Shown here one piece after another: positions 36,905 through 47,885 of a stretch of 64,000 bases of DNA (position 1 is its first letter; every line of letters starts with the position of its first letter). Under the pieces are notes generated by a model that worked only from the letters and a program-made list of their open reading frames with translations, was not told the DNA's origin and searched no databases. Location: assembly GCA_973895155.1 (NCBI GenBank), contig OZ316898.1, positions 10,506,286-10,570,285 on the forward strand. The letters are read 5' to 3'. This stretch comes from Marsupella aquatica (taxonomy: Eukaryota; Plantae; Marchantiophyta). The position numbers and the translations under genes are program-made.

Positions 36905-38915
36905 GGTAGGGAATATTTAGTTGTTGGAAGACGCCGATGAAGGCACCATTGGCATTCACTAAGGAAAGAGAATTTTAAACATGTGTGTGCCGCATATTCT
37001 AGGTTAGAGGTGTTAAGATTAGCGACGCCGTCACAGAAGTAGCAGTGGCCCTTTGCCCTTGGGTGCTTTGGTGTTTTGGTTTTCCGCTACTTAACAGCAA
37101 CCCCTGGTAAGTGCAGAAAAGGGGACTCAGTCTAGAGTGGATTTGAAGTGTTAGCTTGCAGTATAGAGCGGGAAGTCATTTGGAGTAGGGAGGTGAGGAG
37201 TACTCATCGTCCTAATGAGGCAAGAGTTGAGTAGACGGGAGGAGACCGGGTTGCTCATACGATGTGTTACGTTGTTCACCAAAAGCTATGGATTTAGTAT
37301 GACTCTTTGAATTTTATTGTGTGTTATGATTTCTTTTTCCTTCATAGTTGTGTCCTTCTCGTAGCCGTATTGGTGTGCTTTTGTGAAAGAACCCCCCAAG
37401 CGGATTTTTAAGAGAAGTTTGCAAGGTCTGGTCGGCCTTGTGAGCTAGGGAGTGGTGACAACACTTCATTAGAGACCGAGAGGAAGGGAGAGGGTGTAGT
37501 CCATGGGACTTGATCAAAAGCGAGGAAGGGAAAAATAGTCGACAGACTTGATCAAAAAATGCATTTCTGGGAGCGGAAACAAATCTACTCCTTTCCGGTG
37601 TGAGGAAGTCTAAATAGCGTCCCTCCACGTCCCCGTGATACGATTAAAACGGTATTTGTTGTGAAACAGTGAAAATATACGTGGTTATCGTTTGATAAAC
37701 AGACGACAATATGACCATCAATAAGTCTCAAAGTCAAACCTTGGCAAAAATTGGGATATTTCTACCAAACCTGGTTTTCTCGCATGATCAATTATATGTG
37801 GCATTGTCTAGGGTTGGTGCTCAGAGTGGCATTTGCATTATGATCGCAAGGAATGCATATCCTGATACGGATGACCTTTACACAAGGAATGTTGTGTACT
37901 GTGAGATTTTGAGATGACTGCATGATGATGGGAGGTTGCCTATCCATTAAGCTCCTGGTTAAACTAGCAGGAGCCCATGCATTGACATAACAACTTCTCT
38001 ACTTTGAGGTTCAATAATCAATTCTTTTGACATTTAAGAGGTAAATCTTTCTTCTTCATTCATTTCAATTTAATGCTAACTTGACCCTAGATCTTTCAAT
38101 GGCATGAACCTTCTTAGTACTTGGAATCATTTAAGGAGCTTTGTATTGCTTAGTCCACTCTCTTTACATTCCATCATTCTACAATCATGCGTCGTATTGC
38201 ATTTGATTTCATCCTGTGACCTTCCTTTGTGACCTTCCTTTTGGCTTCTCATTCTGGGTGTTTTTGCAGTAGTTAATTTTGGTTGCTTGGCCGGTTCCAC
38301 GCTCCAAGCAACTCGTGCACTTCTAGATCTTCCAAGCAGAATGTGTACTCTAAAATGGACTAATTCATGGTGACTATCATATGGTACTATTGTTGTATGT
38401 CATGTTGACATCTACAAGCCATATAACATACCTTATGTTCAAATTTCCACCATTTGAATAAAATTATGGTTTTCCCTCACTTAAACCATTTTGCCATCAA
38501 GTTTTGCCATTTGATGGAAAAATTTCTCAAGTGGGGTTTCCCTTTGCCTTTTCATACACTACTCTTATTATTGTCCTAAGTTTTTTTTGTCTTTGACACT
38601 TTTTTGTCTTTATTTCTATCGATGTTCAAAGAACAGGTAGTAGGAGCTAGTAAACAAAAAAAATAGGCTCCTTAAAGCCTTCTAGTGAGTGTAATAGACT
38701 TGACTTTTGAGATTTTCTTTACAGAGATGGTCAACACCGAGTTATAACACTAACAAAACCCACTTGGGTCGAAGATGCTCTTACTAGGAAGGTGGCTCTT
38801 CTTTCGGGGCCTAGGTTTGACAACCCCAAGTAAGATTCCCGTAGTTGGTTGGTCCTTCCTGGTTAGGGTTCTGGAGTTCTCCGGGGACGTGCCTGTCTGT
38901 TTAGCCCAGTTCTCA

Positions 38916-39150
38916 CTCTGGTCTCTCTCGAAGGGAAGAAGAGAGAGAGCCCTCTTTCCAAACATTTACAAACCACGAGAGAAAAGGTTTCTCTCTGGTC
39001 TCTCGAGAAGAGAAGAGAAGAGAAGAGAGAGCCCTCTTTCCAAACATTTACGAACCACGAGAAAAAAGGTTTCTCTCTCTGGTCTCTCGAAGGGAAGAGG
39101 AGAGAGAGCCCTCTTTCCAAACATTTAGAAACCACGAGAGAAAAGGTTTT
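38916..39150. repeat. ~78-bp tandem repeat x3 upstream of the gamma-CAL gene, GA-rich
   Basis: CTCTGGTCTCTC...GAGAGAGCCCTCTTTCCAAACATTTA..AACCACGAGA.AAAAGGTTT three times. Confidence 0.85.
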
Positions 39151-39235
39151 CGACAGGAAAGGGAAGCGAAGAAAACGGAAGTAAAGGACTGAAAGAGAGG
39201 TGAGGTGAGGTGAGGAGAGGAGAGGAGAGGAGAGG

Positions 39236-40030
39236 ATGGCGGGGGCACTTGCGCGGCAGCGCGGAACGCAGTTGGTGCGGAATGTCATGCGAGGAGGAGC
39301 TGTTTCGTGCATATCAGCGTCGGGATCATCCTCATTTGCATCAACTCAGGTACCAATTCTTTCGATCCAGGGTGTTCAAGTTCGAGATGTGTCTTCATCT
39401 TCGCATCATGTGGCGTGGAAATATGGAGGGCAGAGGAGCATTTTGCCCTTTGCCACCACCCTCGTGCCGGATGTGGCCGTAGATGCTTGGGTTGCCCCGA
39501 ACGCCGTGCTTGCCGGACAGGTAATCGTGCAGGATAAGGCCTCAATTTGGTATGGGGTTGTGGTGAGAGGCGATTTGAATCGCATTAAGGTTGGACCGTG
39601 GTCGAGTGTGGGGGACAAGTCTGTGCTTCACGCTGCAGTGTCTTCCACGACAGGGATCTCTGCCGAAACTGATATTGGAAAGTTTGTGACGATCGGGGCC
39701 TACTGTACTCTCAGATCCTGTGTTGTAGAAGATGCAGTTGTCATTGGACAGCGGTGTGTCATCATGGAGGGGAGCATAATTGAGAAGAATGCGATTCTGG
39801 CCTCTGGCAGCGTCGTGCCACCTGGCCGTCGGATACCGGCAGGAGAGGTTTGGGCAGGTAACCCCGCACGATTCGTGAGGATGGTCACCAACGATGAGAT
39901 TGCGTTGATTCCTAAACTGGCCGAAGACATCCTCGAGATTGCTCAGACCCACTCGGAGGAATTTTTGCCATATTCTACAGCTTATTTGGAGCTGGAGAAA
40001 TTATTTCGCTCCAGCAAAGTAGCTCTGTAA
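39236..40030 (+). CDS. CAL: Gamma carbonic anhydrase-like protein, mitochondrial complex I subunit (intronless)
   Basis: 264-aa ORF with a transit-peptide-like N-terminus, W.Y.GQR.I.P, VAVDAWVAPN.VLAGQV, RGDLNRI.VG, hexapeptide repeats and EFLPYSTAYLE.EK, characteristic of plant gamma-CAL. Confidence 0.93.
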   Translation: MAGALARQRGTQLVRNVMRGGAVSCISASGSSSFASTQVPILSIQGVQVRDVSSSSHHVAWKYGGQRSILPFATTLVPDVAVDAWVAPNAVLAGQVIVQDKASIWYGVVVRGDLNRIKVGPWSSVGDKSVLHAAVSSTTGISAETDIGKFVTIGAYCTLRSCVVEDAVVIGQRCVIMEGSIIEKNAILASGSVVPPGRRIPAGEVWAGNPARFVRMVTNDEIALIPKLAEDILEIAQTHSEEFLPYSTAYLELEKLFRSSKVAL

Positions 40031-41883
40031 TCATTCCCCAGATGGGACGAGGATTGGTCACGATCAGTGGGGGCAATTTCAAGGGGAAGCGGACTTCTTT
40101 AAACTTTGCCGTGTCTAAAGCTTTATTCAATGCCCGTGTCGACCGAGTTGATGTGGTTGCTTTCGTATTTGCTCTCAACAAGCCTTGCCATTGGCTTTAG
40201 CCGATAAAGGACAAGAATAGTCGAGGTAGGCCAATTTGCGAACTTATCTGTTTGGAGGTTTGCCAGTGGCCAATGCCACGGATTTGCTTTCTTTGCCCAG
40301 AGAGAGCTGGCAGCGGATACTGATAGGATTTCCTCTCTAATAAATGGTTGGAGCTATGTACTTTAGATTCAAAATGTTATTAAACACTGTGAAGCACATT
40401 TGCAACGCAAAACATCTTACACAAAGTTTAGTGTGATAGCAGAAGTACTTTTTGCATCGCAACAAAATGCTTGGTTTAGTGATCATAGTCTTTGTTGCCA
40501 ATACCATGATTGGTACCGAGTCGGAGCTCTGGCCTTATGCCTGTTCACTTCGTCACTTTGTTTGATGGTCAGTTGACTTAACTAGAAAGTTTGTTATTAC
40601 GCTTAGAAAAGTGCTCTATTGCGAGTTCATCCGCATGTGTGATGTCTAGGGACACTAGATGCTTCCATATAGTTTAGAATAATGTATTCCCCTGGTCAAT
40701 ATCTCTCTGGGGATTTCTGAAATTGTGTGAAAGGTCAAAAGCTAACTTTGTCGTTTATTTCTGAATGTGAATATCATGGTGTCTGATTTCAACTTTGGCC
40801 AGTTCTTGTGAGTTTTGGCTGTCCAGATCTACTGGACCTTGTCCTTTTGCATGTTTTCCTTTGAGTCGACTGTTCTTTTCTAAACAGGACTGATGTGGTT
40901 CGAGTAATGTTCATAGTTGTCAATGGCATAGCAATTTGGACCTGTTGAAGGAACAGTATCACTTTGATTTTCTATCATGCAGAGAGAAGTAAGTTTCATC
41001 TTCTTTCTTTCCCGGAGTCATTTGAAGTCTTTTACTCACTGTAGTGTACGCGTTCTTCGTTTGTTGAAATTTAGGGTTTATCTAAAATTTATTGTAGATT
41101 GAGGAGCTAGAGGTTTTCCTGTTCAGCATAGAATTGAGATTTGTGGCCAGAAATGAGAACTCTTGCATCTTGTTGTGACAGGTCCTCTCAGTGGTTGGTC
41201 TGCTACGAGATGCGGTCGATCCTATGGTTTGACTCCTACGCAGATATTGGAGGTTGAGCTCCACATATCCAAGGAATAAAGAACGCAGGAGAGCTCCACT
41301 GGTACACGAGGATCTTTATGAGATAAAAATTGCCCCTTGTGTTGGAATCTAGATACCACATGCTTTGCTATAGTGCTGATCCCTTTGAAGATTTTGCCCC
41401 CAACTAAGTGTTAAAATTAATGACGTAAGAGTTATGGAGAGAAATGGTGCAGTGCGGATAGATTAAGCAGTTCCTTGAGGCCGTGGCTTCATTAATATAG
41501 AAGTCCAACATCAATGTACCAGGAATGGGCCAAACTTCAATCAGATTGTTGAACTTGCCTTTTACTAAAACGATAAACAAATAATGCTGATCCTGAGGAA
41601 ACTCTTCCGTGGGTGGAAAGGCTTGGGACTTGCCAACGAAGAAAAGCTCCTCTGGTACCTCTGGTAAACGTGTGCACACCTCTACTAGGTATTTGGCTCT
41701 GAAACCCATCTGGTATCGACATCAGTATTTTAAGGCCTTACATGTTAGTTCATGAAACATCTCTGCCTGCATTCCATCAGAACGATGAAGAATCCAAAGA
41801 GAATGAGCAAGCCCTTCACGTTTTTGCATACCCCACCATCTCTGCTATGGCCAGCTCTTGGGCATGCTCCTGCTTTCTTGCCT

Positions 41884-42026
41884 TCCTAGGCTCCAGAAGT
41901 GGGACCGACAGTGCCCAGGGACCAGCAGTGTTTTTAGGTGGTAAAAATTGGCGGCCACTCTTGCCTTCGTAGGCTCCAGAAGTTCCTAGGCTGCAGAAGT
42001 GGGACCGACAGTGCCCAAGAACCAGC
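41884..42026. repeat. Diverged direct repeat (~42 bp at ~100-bp spacing)
   Basis: TCCTAGGCT(C/G)CAGAAGTGGGACCGACAGTGCCCA(G/A)(G/A)ACCAGCA twice, plus a partial copy. Confidence 0.75.
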
Positions 42027-42952
42027 ATATGATGGTAAGCCTTTGAGGTTAGGGAGATCTATGAAAGTATATGAAAGTATATGCAATAAATGCCTAGCAT
42101 TTCTCCTTCACACAAGGTGACACTTGCCACCCTGGACAAAGAAGAAAAACTTTGCCCCGGAACCTGGCCATTGAGCTTCAACACCTGCAATAAATCCTGG
42201 TGACTGTCATGGGACTTTTTGACGATTGTGTTTTGGCAATTGGCTGGGGAACCTTAATGGATCCTCCACGGGACTGTACACATGGGAGCCAAAGTGGCTA
42301 GCTACTATACATGATAAATGTGTCAATAGCACATACCAGTGGTATTGCTGCCCTGCACATAGAACAATGCCCCATAGGTATCTTTCCTTTCACCTCCTTG
42401 TCACCCCTAACCCTGTTCGATCAAAGGGGGCTGGACACTGGAGGAACAGTTCCTGCCTCCACACCATTTGTGACAAGGGGTGAATGTAAAGCCACTATAA
42501 TTAGGAGGGCATTTCCATTTACCTCATTTTCCTCCCAGTACCTCCTAGTAGCCAAGAGGTTGCAAAGAAGGTGAGAGGCGGAAGTGTACAACTAACACTA
42601 CCCTTTTTTGCAAGAACTGGGGTAGGGGGTGATTAGAAGGTACCACTAGAAATATAGAAGGGGAAGTGTCCAAGACTTCTCCCTTTTTCACATTTCTATA
42701 GTGAGACTTTGTTCCACAATTACAGGAAAAAATATACTAAAAATAGTGAAACATGGTGGATCCAGGTTTTGTCATGAAGAGCCACACTCTAAAAAGAAAC
42801 AAAACAACCCTCTGAAAAGAAACAAGAGGGGTTTGATGGAAAGATGCCCTAAGGTTATTGTATAGGAAGGGGTAGTGCTAGACCAGAATCTCATCCTACC
42901 TCTCATTTTCCAGTAAACTAGAACATCCTCCCCATGGAACCAGCTGTTTTTT

Positions 42953-43130
42953 AGTGGTGAAAATTAGCTTGATTCCACTTCTTCAACTCGTTTTGGAATG
43001 TTTTGGAGAAGTGGAATCAAGCCAATTTTGCCAGATTTTCAAAATTTTGCCAAAAATTGGCTAGGTTGTCTCTAGTGGTGAAATTAGCTAGATTCCACCT
43101 CTCCAACACCACTTTTGGCAAAATTGGCTA
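42953..43130. repeat. Mixed inverted/direct repeats, possible MITE remnant
   Basis: AAAATTAGCTTGATTCCACTTC pairs with GAAGTGGAATCAAGCCAATTTT; direct copy TAGTGGTGAAAATTAGCTAGATTCCAC at ~43074. Confidence 0.55.
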
Positions 43131-43395
43131 CGTTGGGTGACTCCCATTAGCCAGTTTCCCATCTAGCCATATCACTAGCCAAACTCTATGAGGGGTAGTC
43201 AGGCGGGAGATTTGAGGTTACAAATTTATCTAAGAAAATTACAGTAGATAAGAAATATTGGTAGCATCTTCTCCCTCACAAGGTGACATTCGCCACAGTG
43301 GTGGAAAAGGGAAAACCTTACGCTGCATGGAACCCATTCCTTCCTTTACTCAACTATGAAAATAAGAAGCAGTTGAACCACAGCACAATGCTTCG

Positions 43396-43404
43396 AAACC
43401 CTAA
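43396..43404 (+). promoter_or_regulatory. Telo-box (AAACCCTAA) upstream of the mtACP gene
   Basis: Exact motif ~290 bp upstream of the ATG. Common in plant housekeeping promoters but short enough to occur by chance. Confidence 0.3.
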
Positions 43405-43691
43405 TCACTCTGTGACTCCCACTGACTCGTCTATTCTGCCCTAAATTTTGGAACCTTTGTCGAAGAATTTGCAGAGAGTGCGAACGGAAGGTATCGTACT
43501 GCAATTCGGGCAGGTGTTCCAGTCAATCGATCGACAGGAAGTGGGAAGCGAGCGCCATAAGGGCATCGGCCTATGCTCGTCAACGAACTGGGAATATCTA
43601 TTGAACCTGAGAAATTAAAAATCGTAGCTGAGTGAGTGACTTTTGGAGTTTCAGGAGCCGGAGGAGGAGAGGAAAGGAGAGGGGGGCAATC

Positions 43692-45107
43692 ATGCAGGCT
43701 GCATTGCACTCGTCCGCTGCGGCCCTGCGTTCCTCGTTCCTGCTGCAGCACCTGCGAGTGAGTGTGAGCCCAAGCAGCAGCAGGCCGGCCTTGAGAGTGC
43801 CAGCGCTCTTCACCAACGGCTTTGCTGCTGACTCCACATCCTCGAGCGATGGCATCTATCTGGACAAGTCGGTCGTCGCCGATCGGGTCCTGGAAGTCGT
43901 CAAGAAGCTTGAGAAAGTAGACCCTGCGAAGGTGGGTTGGATGTTTGTTTGGTTGGGCATTTCGTTTTTGAGGTTGTCGTGTGGATGGGTGCTCGTTGTG
44001 AGGTTCCTTGATGTTTCAGTCAATAATTTGGAATTCTCTACGTTCAGTATGTTGAGTTACAGCGTCAGTCTTGGGACGAAGCTCTTGCAAGTACGAGGGT
44101 TGTGTTTTTTTTCAAGCAATTCTGGCACGTCTGCTGAGTGTCCCCTCGGTTGAATCTGGGCGTGTGGGTTCCAGAAAGATGGTTGGTCAGGGCTAGGGTT
44201 TCGGACATTTTGTTGAATGCTCTTCCTGTGTGCAGTGTAGCATGGATTTCTTTGCCATGCTTAGCTTTGACTTTACAGAGATTAATACCACTTTCAAAAT
44301 CTATCTCCTTCAAAGTTCCTGATTATCCTCGGACTTCTGTACTTCTCAGCATCCCTCCGAAATTATTTTGTCATCCGCCGCCATTTCCGCCCCTTCATCA
44401 CGGCCAGAAGAAATCGTCTACCGGGTTTTACACATCATTTTTTCGAATTTTCTATCAAAGTGCACGCTGGTTTGAGGACGAGATTTGGTCTACAGGACCG
44501 GAAATACTGACATAGAACTGCAAGCCGTATGTCCAATTGCGTCTGAGAAGACTTTTAGCTCTTGAGCTGGGTCAGTCTGACTATATTCTGTCGGGCCTGA
44601 TTGGCCAGCATTTCTGCCGAAACGTTTGAAAAGGCACTGCTCGTATTGGGATTATCTCGAGTTACATGTCAGGATTATCGTGTAGCAGTGGAATTTGCTC
44701 TTCACATTGACCTCGCTCTTCACATTGACTGTTAAGCGAAATATTTGGTGGGGTCTCTTTGCGTACGATTCAATCAACGAACCTGTAATTTTGGAATGGG
44801 TCTGCTTTCCTATCGATTAGTTACGATCGATCAGTATTACCGTACTTCAGTAGATGATGGCATGTATGGGTTAAGTACCCTAGTGATTTGAAAAACATTA
44901 GTGTATCTGATGAGGGTTTTGTGCTTACAGGTAAACCCTAAGGCTCATTTCCAAAACGATCTTGGGCTCGACAGCCTTGACACTGTAGAGCTGGTCATGG
45001 CTTTGGAGGAGGAGTTCCACATGGAGGTGCCTGACAGCGAAGCCGACAAGATTTATTCATGTGCCGACGCAATTGAATATATCGCGTCACATCCTCGAGC
45101 GAAGTAG
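43692..45107 (+). CDS. mtACP: Mitochondrial acyl carrier protein (complex I SDAP/NDUFAB1 type); exons 43692-43931 and 44931-45107; 138 aa
   Basis: Transit peptide, then [24 protein letters not shown]|[38 protein letters not shown] (phosphopantetheine DSL site); phase-0 GT-AG intron. Confidence 0.95.
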
Positions 45108-47885
45108 ATTCAGCGAGTGATTTACGGCAGGGCTTCTTGTTTTACTCAATTAATAATATCTGTCGATTGACGGTATCGAACGGATTCATTGAAAGACTCC
45201 GCCTCAGCGACAATCCAACCAGGCTCATGCTGCATGGATCCAGGCGACAACCTTCGAGAGATACATGAAATGTTTGATCTCTGATGATATCTCTAAAGCT
45301 AGATGCTGGTCACGAAACAATCCCCTTAGACAGGCAGTATGTATAAAGGACTTTGTAATTTGCGTTGCAAAGTCCGGAACTCCACAATCTGTTCAAGCCA
45401 GGTAGATTTTCTTAATGCATTGTGGTGCGATGTTTGCAGTGGATTTGTAGGCAAGTTTGTCATCACATTCGTCCTCGAAGTGTAAGTGACGAGTCTGGCT
45501 CAATTTTGGGCTGTGCTTCTGGGGATTGCTGGGGCCTGGTCAGATTTTCGTCTCTGTCGCTGGAGTACTAGTGAAAGGTCGTCCTCCCTGATAGCATTTG
45601 CCTGCCAGTCCTATGTCACAGAGTCCGGAGATATCGCACCAACTGGATCGATAAGGCGAAAATGAATCTGAGGATATCGCTCCTCGATCGTGCTTCTTGC
45701 CCCGGATGGGCCATTCTCCTTGCGAAATTGCATCAGCCTTCTGGCGTACTTGGGGAGAGAGGAATGGTTGAGCCCATCGAAATGAAAGTTCTGGTTTAAT
45801 GGATGCATTTCCACGTTCAGTTTGTGTGATATAGTCTTGTTGTGAGGAGTTTACCCTATCATGGTGTCGGGTTTTGGAGCGTCCTCTTGACACAGAACAT
45901 TGGCTGGTAGTTCTTTCGAGAATTGTTCTACTGGTTGTCAACTTTGGCTTTGAAGCTCTCGCTGAAATGAACTTCCGGGTGGAATGAAAATTGCCCTCTT
46001 TGTCTCTGTAGGGACCTCAAGGAGTGAGGTGTAATGCTAGCTTGGGTTCAGAAGAAATTTGCCTGGCCGAGTTTTCCCAATGGTGTATCGAATGTCCTTG
46101 TGATATAGTAGTATCAAATAACGGGTTGAGGAATCTGGTTGATGTCATCTAAACTGCAATCAAATGTCCATCCTTCGATGAGATTTCTGAGTGATGGGGC
46201 TTTTGTGGTTGTCATGAAATTTGCCTAGCCGACATGGATCCCTCTTCCCTAGGATGGCCCAGTTTTTGTGGACCCAGTTTTCATTTAGTGGTGGTTAAAG
46301 CTACTCAAGTGGAATTGGGTTCGGAGTCATCCAAAACTGCAATCTTTTACCAAATTTTGCAGTAGTGCCCAAAATCAGAGCATTTGTGGTGGTGCCGCTC
46401 ATACCGATCAGTTTAGTTCTCATGACCTGAAGAGATCGACTCAGCCTTTAGTTTTGTTTCAAATTCTGGGATTGCATCGTTCCCGCAATTCCGTCCGACG
46501 TCCAAAGACTGAAAAAGCATCATGTTAAATGCCCTCCCTTTGAATAATCGAAACCTTGTTTGGACTCCATTGTTACTGACAAGCTTTTCTGCCCACTGCA
46601 AGTTTTGTAAAGCTCCAAACCCTTTTCGCTGATTGGACTCCGACCAATCCAGAAGTTGTTTCTACGCCACTCAAGAACTGCGCCGATCGGAACTTGAGAG
46701 ATTTTTTCCCTCACTTCAAAACCTCCTTCAGTTCACGAATTTCAATGGTATCCCTGGGATGAGTTATCCCAGCCGAGAGTGTCGACATAAATGGACAGCA
46801 CTTTCTTCCAGGACAACGAGAAATAATGGACACTCTGCCTTAGCTGTACTCTTTATATGAAGTGATTTAAGCATCAAGTTTCATGGCCAGAAAATAAACT
46901 AATGGTCCTAATTCTTTGGAAAGAATGTGGACCATCACATTCTATGGAAAGAATGTGATGGTAACGAGATCGTTATTGAAACCATTTTGACGCAAGAAAG
47001 TTGCTTCGTCACTCAGCTTATCAATCTGCCAGTGCTAGTCAGCTATTCTCCCGAAGCGGAAGGCAATTTTACAAATTCGTAAAGTTTCACCAATGTTATG
47101 TGTGCACAATATGAATCGACGATTGTTCATGTTCCAATTCATGAAGTATTTCCCTTCCCTTCATACGCGACTCCACGAGCTGGGGACGAACAACACTCCA
47201 TACTCATCCAAAGCACGTTCACTGGTCCCGAAGATCTGGGAAAAAGGTTTGGACGAGGAGCAGCTCCTCGGGCATATTCTATGCCACGCAACGTCCTCTG
47301 TCGTCGGAGATTTCGGACTCGCGCCTCTTGACATCTAAACTCCCTCCCTTTCTGCTCAATCAGTGACTTGTACCATCGTCGTTCGTCTAATGACTCTACA
47401 GTAGTTTCTCTGTAACTCCACCAAAACTCACGAGACCGTTTGTAAACCGGAGAGACCAGTAATGTCTGTATGGGCTTCGCTCTTGCGCTCGTGAGCACTG
47501 AATAGCAGAGGCGGATGAAAGGAGAGCCCCCAAACGTAGCAAATGGCTCCGCGGCGGCTGCTGCCACCTCTGACCAGACGCGTAAGGGCAGTTGGCACTG
47601 TCTGCTGCATTTTCCCAATTTTCCCCGCTTCTTCCTCCATAAGGGTATCTTCACATTCAGATCACTGAGGCGAGGTGATGTTTTCGCCCAATGAAGTTGA
47701 TGAGCAGCGATTCCGATGTCTCGCTAGTGTGCTAACGGCGGGGCCTCCTCGTCTGCAGAGCGGTCTCCCCACGCTGGAACCTTGATATTATTGGGGAAGA
47801 AGGGCTGGCGAAGTCTCACGCCAGGATTGAGCTCTAGGAGTCTTCAATTTCGCTGGTACTGTCTGGTCCAGTCCAAGGAATCAAG

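Larger units (their letters stand above)
32165..37708 (+). mobile_element. TG...CA-bounded insertion with 5-bp TSD: solo-LTR-like or internally deleted Ty3/gypsy-type element carrying an ORF
   Basis: Starts TGTGAC and ends GACGACA; flanked by GTATG (32160-64) and ATATG (37709-13; one G>A change). Removal restores the helicase motif FGMTINKSQ. No paired LTRs or gag/pol seen inside. Confidence 0.8.
29180..37917 (+). mobile_element. Highly degenerate Helitron Rep/PIF1-helicase gene, interrupted by the 32165-37708 insertion
   Basis: Decayed exons: LFLHHIKGVIGYDNLKIVDN; SFKE...LGLL.ND...LFVIILL...SMIEDL; FIDGP...VASSGI..LLLQGG; IIWDEAPMTHRHA; AILTTTN..VD.VN; YPTEFLNTL.PSGLPPHKLTLKIGAPIMFLRN; AFGM|TINKSQSQTL...VFSHDQLYVALSRV...TRNVVY.EIL. 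Confidence 0.88.

Noticed and set aside
38665-38686. Helitron 3' terminus (AGGCT-loop-AGCCT hairpin followed by CTAG|T)
   Set aside because: The stem is only 5 bp and 1 nt from CTAG, instead of the usual longer hairpin ~10 nt upstream. Possible but unsupported.
41082-41709. Minus-strand gene between CAL and mtACP
   Set aside because: Short ORFs with no recognisable domain or consistent splice structure; might be a gene relic but cannot be called.
47093-47654. Kinase fragment (GDFGLA) or divergent gene upstream of SUV3
   Set aside because: Isolated motif followed by a stop, with no other kinase subdomains.
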